Positions 9,659 to 17,742 of a stretch of 64,000 bases of DNA are shown here, in pieces (within the stretch, counting starts at the first letter, position 1; each line of letters begins with the position of its first letter). Both the position numbers and the translations under genes were made by a program. The DNA lies in contig JBGAHS010000001.1 of assembly GCA_044226015.1 (NCBI GenBank), positions 576,001 through 640,000 of the forward strand. The letters are read 5' to 3'. The stretch is from Candidatus Obscuribacteraceae bacterium. Lineage in GTDB: Bacteria; Cyanobacteriota; Vampirovibrionia; Obscuribacterales; Obscuribacteraceae. The notes below the pieces were generated by a model, which was given only the letters and a program-made list of their open reading frames with translations, was not told where the DNA came from and ran no database searches.

Positions 9659-11443
9659 ATGAACAACCCGGCGCAGAAGAAAATCCGACCGCTAGAGCGC
9701 TTTTGGGCTCTAGTAGCTGCCGACCATCAGGATTTGATTGTTCTATCTGTACATATTGTATTGACCGGACTGATCTCACTAGCGGTGCCGCTAGCTGCTC
9801 AGTCTCTTGTAAATACCATTGCTGCCGGTATCTTTTTGCAACCATTGATAGTACTCTCCTTTTTACTATTAGGCGGATTGTTGTTCGGCAGTATTCTGCG
9901 AATGCTTAAATTCTGCCTGGTTGAAACATTGGAGCAACGCATCTTCGCGCGCATCACCTTGCAGCTTAGCGAGCGCATTCCATCGATTAAGTCTTCCGCC
10001 CTCAACAAAGAATACATGCCAGAGCTAATCAACAGGTTTTTTGATGTGATGAACATCCAAAAATCTTGGGGTAAGCTGCTGCTTGAAGTTCCAACAGCAT
10101 TGCTGCAGGTTCTCATAGGACTTCTGCTCATGGCGTTTTACAGTCCATTCTTGTTGGCGTTCGATTTGCTCATAATTGTTTTTGTTTTTTTTGCAGTGAG
10201 CGTCCTTGGAATCGGTGGACTTTCATCCAGCATCAGAGAGTCGGCTTCCAAATATCGTGTCGCGGAATGGCTCGAGGACATGGGCAGATGCCAGACCAGT
10301 TTGAAGAGTTTTGGTATTCCAAAATTCTTGCTCAGGCGCTCTGACAGTCTGGTTCTCGATTATTTGAAATCCAGGAGAGAGCACTTTTCGGTTTTGTTCA
10401 GGCAAGCTTTTGGCACTTATATTTTCCAGGCATTCGCGAGCGCTGGGGTTTTAGCAATTGGAGGATGGTTGGTTATTAACAGGCAGCTGACTCTTGGACA
10501 ATTAGTCGCGGCGGAAATAGTTGTGTTGAACGTGTTGTCTGCACTGGAAAAACTCGTTCGCAATTGTGACACTTTTTACGACCTGCTTACGGGATTAGAC
10601 AAGGTTGGGCACATTAGCGATCTTCCACTTGAGCGCGATGGTGGTACCAGCCTCTCTGAAGATGGAGATGGGTTGACGGTAGAATGTCTCAAACTTCACT
10701 TCTCATACGATTCAAGAGAGGTTCTCTCTGGAGTAAATCTCTCAATTGCATCAGGCGAGCGAGCCAGTCTTGTGGGGGCGAGTGGTGCCGGGAAAACCAC
10801 GCTTGCTTCTCTGATTTGTGGACTTCAAGACGCCAGTCAGGGCACTGTGGAAGTTGGTGGATATGACGTCAGAGATCTCAATCTTAAATCGCTTCGCAGC
10901 CAGCTGGGTCTCGTGGGTGATAGCAATGAAATTTTTGAGGGAAGCATTGAAGACAATATCAGCCTTGGGCGAGCAAATGTTAACCATCAGGACATACGGT
11001 GGGCGCTCAATGTTGCCCAGTTCACTGATGATTTGATTGAGCTTCCGCAGGGTTTGAACACAGTTGTGATAAGTGGCGGACGAAATCTATCAAGGGGTCA
11101 GGTTCAGCGTCTTCTGCTTGCCAGGGCTATTGTTGAACGCCCACGTTTGCTGATACTCGACGAAGCTTTTGTAGGAATCGATGAAAAAACAAAGTTGAAA
11201 ATTCTGGATTCACTTTTTGCTAAGGAAAACAAATGGACAGTGTTGGATATTTCGCATGATGCAGAAGTTGTTATGCGATCAGACAAGGTATACGTTTTGA
11301 GTGCAAGCAAGATCTCAGAGTCTGGACATCCAGCAGACCTCGCCTGGCGTGCAGACAGCGAGTTCGCTGTGCTGTTTCCTGAGTTAGCGATGCAGATTCG
11401 CTCTTCTGAAAGAAGGAGAAAGGAAAGAGTTGGTCAAGCGTAA
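9659..11443 (+). CDS. Type I secretion-like ABC exporter (TMD + ATPase, no C39 domain)
   Basis: TM domain, LTLGQLVAAE, Walker A GASGAGKTT, signature LSRGQ, Walker B LLILDE, ISH. Confidence 0.9.
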   Translation: MNNPAQKKIRPLERFWALVAADHQDLIVLSVHIVLTGLISLAVPLAAQSLVNTIAAGIFLQPLIVLSFLLLGGLLFGSILRMLKFCLVETLEQRIFARITLQLSERIPSIKSSALNKEYMPELINRFFDVMNIQKSWGKLLLEVPTALLQVLIGLLLMAFYSPFLLAFDLLIIVFVFFAVSVLGIGGLSSSIRESASKYRVAEWLEDMGRCQTSLKSFGIPKFLLRRSDSLVLDYLKSRREHFSVLFRQAFGTYIFQAFASAGVLAIGGWLVINRQLTLGQLVAAEIVVLNVLSALEKLVRNCDTFYDLLTGLDKVGHISDLPLERDGGTSLSEDGDGLTVECLKLHFSYDSREVLSGVNLSIASGERASLVGASGAGKTTLASLICGLQDASQGTVEVGGYDVRDLNLKSLRSQLGLVGDSNEIFEGSIEDNISLGRANVNHQDIRWALNVAQFTDDLIELPQGLNTVVISGGRNLSRGQVQRLLLARAIVERPRLLILDEAFVGIDEKTKLKILDSLFAKENKWTVLDISHDAEVVMRSDKVYVLSASKISESGHPADLAWRADSEFAVLFPELAMQIRSSERRRKERVGQA

Positions 11444-12854
11444 TATGAATCTAGAAACTAAATCATCCAATAGTTCATCGTTAAGTGCTTCATCCTATGA
11501 GTCATTGAAAGCTGTGCAGTCACCTCAAGCCTTTGGCACCATTGCGATATTGCTTTTTGTAGTTCTCATTTCCGTTATTCTAGTGCTGGCTTATGTGCCA
11601 TGGCAGCAAAGTGTTTCAGCTTCGGGAAAAATCATCATTTTTTCTCCTATGCAGCGTCCTCAAAATATTGAGGCTCAGATTCCTGCAAGATTGAAGAAAT
11701 GGTATGTCCAAGACGGACAGGTCGTTCACAAAGGCGAGTTGATTGCTGAGTTGTCTGATCTAGACCCGAAGTTTCTTGACCCACAATTAGCTAAGCGCTT
11801 ATCTTCTCAAATACAAGCTCTAACTGCCAGGCGCGAAGCAGCAGCTACACGAAGTAGCGCTCTGACCAAGCAACTTGAGAGTTTGCGTCGCTCGCAGAAA
11901 GCTGCGATTCCTTCTGCAGGGGAAAGAGCCCAGCAAGCGGAAGACAGAGTGTGGGCAGCTTCGCAGGCAGTGGATGCGGCAAAGCAAAACATAATAACTA
12001 CCGAAGCAAATTTGAATCGATTGAAAGATCTCTATTCGAATGGATTGCGCTCTAAGCGAGATCTTGAACTTGCTGAGCTTGAGCAAACGAAGGCAGCTAC
12101 TGAGCTTGAACGTGCGCGAGCTGCTCTAGACGTGGCAAAAAGAGATAAGACTGTTGCTGTCTTAGATCAAGACAAAGTTGCTGCAGATACTGATGCTGCT
12201 CTGAGTAATATTGGTGCATCCATAGCTGCGGCTCAGGAGACGATCGAAACAACATCGAGTGACATATTCAAACTCGAAATTGAGTTGCAGAATTTTCAAG
12301 GACGTGCAGAACAAAGAAAAGTTTTTGCTCCAACAAATGGCAAGATTGTCAGACTTTTGAAAGTAGGTGCTGGCGAAACGGTTGATGCTGGAATGGTCTT
12401 AGCAGTCATCGCGCCTGAGACGCAAGATCTCGCTGCAGAGCTGAATATCAGCGATAACGATGCCCCATTGGTTGCTGTAGGCAGACCTGTAAGACTTCAG
12501 TTTGCTGGCTGGCCGGCATTGCAATTCTCTGGCTGGCCCTCGATTGCCGTTGGAACCTTTGGTGGCAGAATTGCAGTTATCGATGCTATTGATGATGGAC
12601 GCAATAATTATCGGGTGATAGTCAAACCTGACAAAGAGGCAATAGCGCAGGGTAGAGATGAGCCGTGGCCTGATTCAAAATTTCTGCGACCAGGAGCGGA
12701 AGTTTCTGGGTGGATTATGTTAGATCGAGTTAGCCTTGGATTTGAGTTATGGCGCCAATTTAACGCGTTCCCACCGACAGTAAAACCGGAAGAGCTTGGC
12801 TTGCACAAGTCGCCTCAAGGTGAAAAGCCGGACATAAAGAGAAAGTCCAAGTGA
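11430..12854 (+). CDS. HlyD-family periplasmic adaptor (membrane fusion protein)
   Basis: Single N-terminal TM, WYVQDGQVVHKGELI lipoyl half-motif, long coiled coil, APTNGKI, VRLQFAGWP. Confidence 0.9.
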   Translation: MVKRNMNLETKSSNSSSLSASSYESLKAVQSPQAFGTIAILLFVVLISVILVLAYVPWQQSVSASGKIIIFSPMQRPQNIEAQIPARLKKWYVQDGQVVHKGELIAELSDLDPKFLDPQLAKRLSSQIQALTARREAAATRSSALTKQLESLRRSQKAAIPSAGERAQQAEDRVWAASQAVDAAKQNIITTEANLNRLKDLYSNGLRSKRDLELAELEQTKAATELERARAALDVAKRDKTVAVLDQDKVAADTDAALSNIGASIAAAQETIETTSSDIFKLEIELQNFQGRAEQRKVFAPTNGKIVRLLKVGAGETVDAGMVLAVIAPETQDLAAELNISDNDAPLVAVGRPVRLQFAGWPALQFSGWPSIAVGTFGGRIAVIDAIDDGRNNYRVIVKPDKEAIAQGRDEPWPDSKFLRPGAEVSGWIMLDRVSLGFELWRQFNAFPPTVKPEELGLHKSPQGEKPDIKRKSK

Positions 12855-12864
12855 GGCAGCAAAA

Positions 12865-14340
12865 ATGTGCTTGAACTCGCAAAAATTGTTTTTTGTGGTT
12901 TTGTTGTGCGCAACAGAATTGCTAACTTGTGCTGCAACGTTTGCGCAAAACGAAGCAATTGAACCAAATGTTGTTTTGCGAGAGCTTCCCACTTCGACTA
13001 GCACTCAGGGTCAACCATTCTCTTTAGATTTTTTCTTGAAGGCTGTGGAAAGAAATTATCCAAAGCTGAAAAGTGCCGACGCGGAGAAGCGTATAGCGAA
13101 TGCTAAGCGCCTGGAGAAAGCTGGTGCCTTTGACCCTGTTTTGACTAGCGTGAACGAGTATCTCAGAGTCCAAGATTCATTCATTCCGGGAAAACCGAAA
13201 AACGCAGTACATAATGAATCGCGTGTTGATCTCCTCACTAGATCTGGCATAAAACTATTTACCGGCGCTCGTTTGAACCCCAACGATACAAAGACACCAT
13301 TTGTGCCAACAGGAAGAGCTGGCGAATATTATGGTGGCGTTGCTGTCCCGCTGCTTCGCGGCTTGCGCATCAATGAGAAAAAAGCAGCTGAAGACCAGGC
13401 CAAGCTCGGTGAGCCACTAGCAGGTCATGTATTTGCTTCCACGCGTCTTGAATTACTTTTGAAAGCCGCAGCTTCTTACTGGGAATGGGTCGGAGCAAAA
13501 GCGCGCATCGACATTTCTCGAAACCTCCTCAATTTAGCACAGGCAAGGGTTAGCCAAATCAAGCGACGTGTAGATAAGGGTGACTTGCCTGCTCTTGATG
13601 TAGCGGAGTCTGAGCAAGAAATTCACCGGCGTGAAGCGGCACTTGTGAAAAGCGAACGCGAGTTCCAAAAGTACTCATTGCTTCTTTCTGTATTTTTGTG
13701 GGATGAATCGGGAAACCCTTCTCCTGTCCCCACTGAGAAAGGTGTTCCGTCCTTAGAGCCTGAGCCCAGCAAAATCTCAGAGGCGGAATGGAGCGAAGGA
13801 AGAAAGCGAGCTATAGAGCTGCGACCTGAACTGAAGCGAATTTCGATGGAACGAGAGCAAGCCAGAGTTGATTTGCGATTAGCCGAAAATATGATGCTTC
13901 CGGTTATGGATGCTTATCTTGCCCAGGGGGCAGATACAGGCACTCAAGGCATCGGCCCTGTCGTGAGAGGCGGAGTCTCTCTTTCCGTTCCGCTGAGACA
14001 AAGGACCGCTAGAGGTTTGGTACAGGCCGCTAAGTTGAAGATTCAGAAGCTAACTTTCGATGAAACTGCGGAGAAACAGCGTATACAAGCTGAAGTCGAC
14101 GATGCTGTCTCTGCTGTGAATACATCATGTGAACGATGGAATGCGACTCTTCTCGAGGTGAAAAAGGCAAAACAAGTTGAAAATGGCGAGCGCTTGCGTT
14201 TCGGCTCAGGTGATAGCACCTTATTTCTCGTCAACCAGCGAGAGCGTGCCTCAGCCGAAGCGCAGATGCGACTCGTTGAAGTACATACGGAGTACTTACA
14301 GGCGCTGGCAGCGTTTCGTGCTGTAATCTGTCGACTGTGA
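12865..14340 (+). CDS. TolC-family outer membrane efflux protein
   Basis: Signal peptide, AIELRPEL, GDSTLFLVNQRE; follows the ABC and HlyD genes. Confidence 0.88.
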   Translation: MCLNSQKLFFVVLLCATELLTCAATFAQNEAIEPNVVLRELPTSTSTQGQPFSLDFFLKAVERNYPKLKSADAEKRIANAKRLEKAGAFDPVLTSVNEYLRVQDSFIPGKPKNAVHNESRVDLLTRSGIKLFTGARLNPNDTKTPFVPTGRAGEYYGGVAVPLLRGLRINEKKAAEDQAKLGEPLAGHVFASTRLELLLKAAASYWEWVGAKARIDISRNLLNLAQARVSQIKRRVDKGDLPALDVAESEQEIHRREAALVKSEREFQKYSLLLSVFLWDESGNPSPVPTEKGVPSLEPEPSKISEAEWSEGRKRAIELRPELKRISMEREQARVDLRLAENMMLPVMDAYLAQGADTGTQGIGPVVRGGVSLSVPLRQRTARGLVQAAKLKIQKLTFDETAEKQRIQAEVDDAVSAVNTSCERWNATLLEVKKAKQVENGERLRFGSGDSTLFLVNQRERASAEAQMRLVEVHTEYLQALAAFRAVICRL

Positions 14341-14351
14341 AAGAATTGATC

Positions 14352-14394
14352 TTGACCAATATGTTGATATATAGATATGCTAATGTTTGAACAT
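14352..14394 (+). promoter_or_regulatory. Sigma70-like promoter of arsR2 overlapped by operator copy 4
   Basis: TTGACC(14352)-N18-TATGCT; operator ATATATAGATATGCTAATGTTTGAACAT at 14367-14394. Confidence 0.6.
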
Positions 14395-14412
14395 TACAAA
14401 ATGAGGTCGCCC

Positions 14413-14796
14413 ATGCCTTACAGAGCTGTGGTAAGCGCGGAATTGGCAAAGCTATTTGGCATTTTGTCTCATCCCATACGTATTCGAATCATTGAAGAGT
14501 TAAAGAAAGAAGATCTGACTGTTGGAACCTTGAAAGATATCCTTGGCATAACTCATTCGGCAGTGTCACAGCAGCTAGCCGTCTTGCGCACCAATCATTT
14601 GGTAGCTGAAATGCGGCAAGGTCGAAACGTGTTTTACCATCTTCGCAAGCCGGAATTGGCTCAGTGGATCATGGATGGTGTCAGCTTTATATCACCCGAT
14701 GCTTCCGAGATGGAGCAGATGATGTCTGCAATTCAAAACGTGAAGTCTGTATGGGGCGAAGAAGAGAAGCCAAAGCGCAAGAAGCGCGGAGCCTGA
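14413..14796 (+). CDS. Second ArsR/SmtB-family transcriptional regulator
   Basis: LFGILSHPIRIRIIEEL...LTVGTL...SAVSQQLAVLR...GRNVFY; start moved to ATG 14413 (GAGG upstream; the ORF-track start lies inside the operator). Confidence 0.9.
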   Translation: MPYRAVVSAELAKLFGILSHPIRIRIIEELKKEDLTVGTLKDILGITHSAVSQQLAVLRTNHLVAEMRQGRNVFYHLRKPELAQWIMDGVSFISPDASEMEQMMSAIQNVKSVWGEEEKPKRKKRGA

Positions 14797-15049
14797 ATTC
14801 TGATTTCGCTGTCCTGTTGCATGCAGCTTAGAGCCAGTGGTAATTTGAGTGCTCGGCTAATTCGCCTGAGTGCTTTATATGATCCTGCCGAATTGCTCGT
14901 GTTTGGAATCTTGTGGCGCTAATTGAAGGCAAGAGAATATGCTGAAAAATGCAACGTTCAACCACTAGAAACAATTTTGTGTAAATGCTGCAGTCATCTT
15001 ACAGGAACTCTCTTTCTGTATGCTTTCAATGGAAATATGCTTTGATAAT

Positions 15050-15077
15050 ATATGCAAATGTTTGCACATCTAAATAT
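15050..15077. promoter_or_regulatory. Putative ArsR-family operator, copy 5
   Basis: ATATGCAAATGTTTGCACAT followed by CTAA-ATAT; 19/20 identical to the core of copy 6. Confidence 0.7.
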
Positions 15078-15151
15078 TTAAGGATAACCCGCGCTGTTTT
15101 GCGTACGGCTGTTTCCGGACTTTGAAGCTATTTGAGAGCACTGTGCCATTA

Positions 15152-15179
15152 TTGACACGCCATAGCTTGCGGTTATACT
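15152..15179 (+). promoter_or_regulatory. Sigma70 promoter of the murF-like/dabB/dabA unit
   Basis: TTGACA-N16-TATACT. Confidence 0.6.
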
Positions 15180-15192
15180 TCTAATTATTGTG

Positions 15193-15220
15193 ATATCTAA
15201 ATATGCAAATATTTGCACAT
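15193..15220. promoter_or_regulatory. Putative ArsR-family operator, copy 6 (between promoter and RBS)
   Basis: ATATCTAAATATGCAAATATTTGCACAT, just downstream of the -10 and upstream of GAGG. Confidence 0.7.
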
Positions 15221-15234
15221 AAAGCGAGGTGCTT

Positions 15235-16215
15235 ATGTACGCTGAATTTACCGCGAACGAAATTTTGAATGCAACTGTTGGTCGTCTCGAATCAGGAAGT
15301 CCCGATGGTGGAAAGGGCAATCTGGTTTGGGATTTCGGCGAAATTAAAGAGGGTGATTGGTTCCTAGCTCTCAGCTCAGCAAGCGATGATCCACACGATT
15401 GTCTTGACCTTGCCTTTCAGTGCGGTGCCCGCGGAGTGATAGTGAATCGGAGGAATCGCTATGCTTCAGCACCACGAGGCTCGACTATCATCACCGTAGC
15501 TGACACCACTACCGCGCTGATAGATCTCGCACGCCACTGGCGCCATACGCTTAACCCCAAAGTTGTAGGGGTGACAGGCAGTTTCGGAAGACGTGCTACC
15601 ATGCTCTTGCTGAATCAATTGCTGCAAAGTAAATTCAGCACTCATCTTGCCTTTGTTGGAAGTATGGGGCGCCTTTCATGTGCGAAGGAAGTCCTGGCAA
15701 TGCCAGTGGGCACCGAAGTTCTCATATTCGAGGCTGGTGCAATAGAACGAGGTGACATCACAAGAATTGGTGGTGCACTCGAACCAGACCTCGCCGTTTT
15801 GACCCAAATTCGACATCCATTGCCGTCCGCTGCTCGTGATACCTTCGTTTCTGCCCTCTACTGTGAGTTGCTCGAGACTGTCTCAAGTCAGGACGAAGAC
15901 TTACCTTCTGCTGTAATTTACGATGACAATACTTCTGTTCAAGCGCGTGTGGATTCCGTAGCAAAAGATATGAATCTGCGACGCTTTTCGCAGGGTGAAC
16001 TTGGAATTGTCAATTCACTGTCAGAAAGTTTTGTGCGAGATCTGAGTCAGGCGATGCAAACAGCAATCGGTCATGCTGTCTCGCGTGCAGAAATTTGGTG
16101 CGCTGTGGAAGCTGCACAAGTTTTGGGAATCGGCACAGACACCTTGCAAGAGATCTTTGAAGTGCGTGCCTCGGCACAGCAGTCTGATGCACCGTATTGT
16201 GAACTTCTTATATAA
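15235..16215 (+). CDS. Degenerate, truncated MurF/Mur-ligase-like protein
   Basis: MurF-like N-domain (IKEGDWFLAL..DPHD..AFQCGA..ITVADTTTALIDLA) and VVGVTGSFGRRAT P-loop remnant; no C-terminal domain; GAGG before ATG 15235. Confidence 0.75.
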   Translation: MYAEFTANEILNATVGRLESGSPDGGKGNLVWDFGEIKEGDWFLALSSASDDPHDCLDLAFQCGARGVIVNRRNRYASAPRGSTIITVADTTTALIDLARHWRHTLNPKVVGVTGSFGRRATMLLLNQLLQSKFSTHLAFVGSMGRLSCAKEVLAMPVGTEVLIFEAGAIERGDITRIGGALEPDLAVLTQIRHPLPSAARDTFVSALYCELLETVSSQDEDLPSAVIYDDNTSVQARVDSVAKDMNLRRFSQGELGIVNSLSESFVRDLSQAMQTAIGHAVSRAEIWCAVEAAQVLGIGTDTLQEIFEVRASAQQSDAPYCELLI

Positions 16216-16226
16216 CGTGAGGAAAA

Positions 16227-17705
16227 ATGACTACAGAAATTTTTGTTGTTAATGAAATACTCGCTTTGTTAGTGCTTCCGCTGGCACTGCTGGCAAGCTT
16301 TCTTCTACCTGGCGAGTCGAAAGTAAAAGCCTTATTACTCAGCCAGTTATGTGCATTCGCTCTGGCACTAATTGGTGGGATTTTGAGGCTTGCAGTTCCA
16401 CAGCTGCCAGTCCTTGCAGGAGCCGAGTTCTTCTCCTTTCATTTCAACGCTATGTCATCTTGTCTGCTGGCAGCAGTTCTTTTCATAGCCTCAGTGGTTT
16501 TAGTGTTTAGCGAAAGATATTTGAGTGGTGAAACAAATCGCTTGAATTTCTTGCGGGGTATCATGCTGCTAAGTTCTGCTGCTTCACTTCTTACAGTCAC
16601 TGACAGCATTGTCACTGCAATAGTTTGCTGGCACGTTCTGTCCTTGGGGCTCTGGTCTTTGATGCGAATGCAGCCTCTCAGTTCGCGACAAGCCGAAGGC
16701 GTCATACTCTTTCACCTGTCGAGTGATTTGTTGATGCTGCTTGCAAGCGTGTTGGTCATTGTTTATGGTTCTTGCACGAGATTTAGTGAATTGAGTGCTG
16801 ATGCTCATCTCAGTGGAGTCCAAAATGGAATTGTATCTTCACTACTAGTGCTCGCTTTCGGAATTAAATCTGCACTTTTCCCTTTCCATAAGTGGTTGTT
16901 GAACACGCTGAATGCTCCTACACCCTTGTCTGGACTTTTGCATGCGGGTGTGGTGAACGTTTCGGCTGTGATGGCTCTCAATTTCAGCCCGATATTATCT
17001 GGGCAAACGATGGTGATGCTTGCTTGGGCATCTTGGGCTGCAATTTCTGCAATGCTGGGTACCCTGAGTATGTCAGCGCAGCCCGATGTGAAAAGAAAAC
17101 TTGTCTACTCTACAGTTGGGCAGATGGGATTCATGCTGTTGCAATGCGCTAGTGGTGCATATGCTGCGGCCATCTTCCACTTAATCGCTCACGGAATGTT
17201 CAAATGCCATATGTTTCTCCAGTCAGGAAGCGCAGTTGCAGATGGAATAGCTAAGCGCAAGTTTGCATATGTTGGAGATTCGAATCTTGCGAATTTGCTC
17301 TGCGTAACACTGCTGTCTACAGCTTGCTGCGTCGGAATGCTCTTTCTAAGAGACTTCAACTGGACAGTGATCTCAGCTCTGATAACTGCTGCTGCCGTGT
17401 CCTGTGCTATTCCGACTCTCGGCAGAGTGCGATTTGCCACGCTGTCTGCTTTCTGGCTTCTTTGTATTGGAGTTGTTTCACTGGCGGAACTATTCAGTCT
17501 TAAACTCGAGTCACTCTCAGTGGTGACCCAGGGGGATAATTCACTCTTCTTGGCTCTAGCGCTATTGGTCTTTGCCCTTGGCTCAGTTTTTCTGGCGTTC
17601 ATTCGTGAGAGCCGCTTGTCTAAATGGATTTATGTTCAGGGACTGAATGGTTTCTATGCCGATGAGATGGGTGCGGCGGTATTGCGCAGTATCAATGGCA
17701 AGTAG
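16227..17705 (+). CDS. dabB: DabB, NuoL/ND5-like membrane subunit of a DAB inorganic carbon transporter
   Basis: FPFHKWL..TLNAPTPLSGLLHAGVVN, DVKRKLVYSTVGQMGFMLLQC, FHLIAHGMFK; directly upstream of a DUF2309 gene. Confidence 0.88.
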   Translation: MTTEIFVVNEILALLVLPLALLASFLLPGESKVKALLLSQLCAFALALIGGILRLAVPQLPVLAGAEFFSFHFNAMSSCLLAAVLFIASVVLVFSERYLSGETNRLNFLRGIMLLSSAASLLTVTDSIVTAIVCWHVLSLGLWSLMRMQPLSSRQAEGVILFHLSSDLLMLLASVLVIVYGSCTRFSELSADAHLSGVQNGIVSSLLVLAFGIKSALFPFHKWLLNTLNAPTPLSGLLHAGVVNVSAVMALNFSPILSGQTMVMLAWASWAAISAMLGTLSMSAQPDVKRKLVYSTVGQMGFMLLQCASGAYAAAIFHLIAHGMFKCHMFLQSGSAVADGIAKRKFAYVGDSNLANLLCVTLLSTACCVGMLFLRDFNWTVISALITAAAVSCAIPTLGRVRFATLSAFWLLCIGVVSLAELFSLKLESLSVVTQGDNSLFLALALLVFALGSVFLAFIRESRLSKWIYVQGLNGFYADEMGAAVLRSINGK

Positions 17706-17742
17706 ACCACATTTGCTTGATAGTTTTTTTTCTGGAGGAAAC

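Noticed and set aside
9219..9909. ORFs 9219-9593(-) and 9436-9909(+)
   Set aside because: They span the divergent promoter region and overlap real genes; composition is not protein-like.
15235..16215. Functional murF
   Set aside because: P-loop Lys and the C-terminal domain are missing, and it is not in a dcw cluster.
16227..17705. Complex I nuoL
   Set aside because: No other nuo genes; LHAGVVN/QMGFM motifs and adjacency to DUF2309 indicate DabB.
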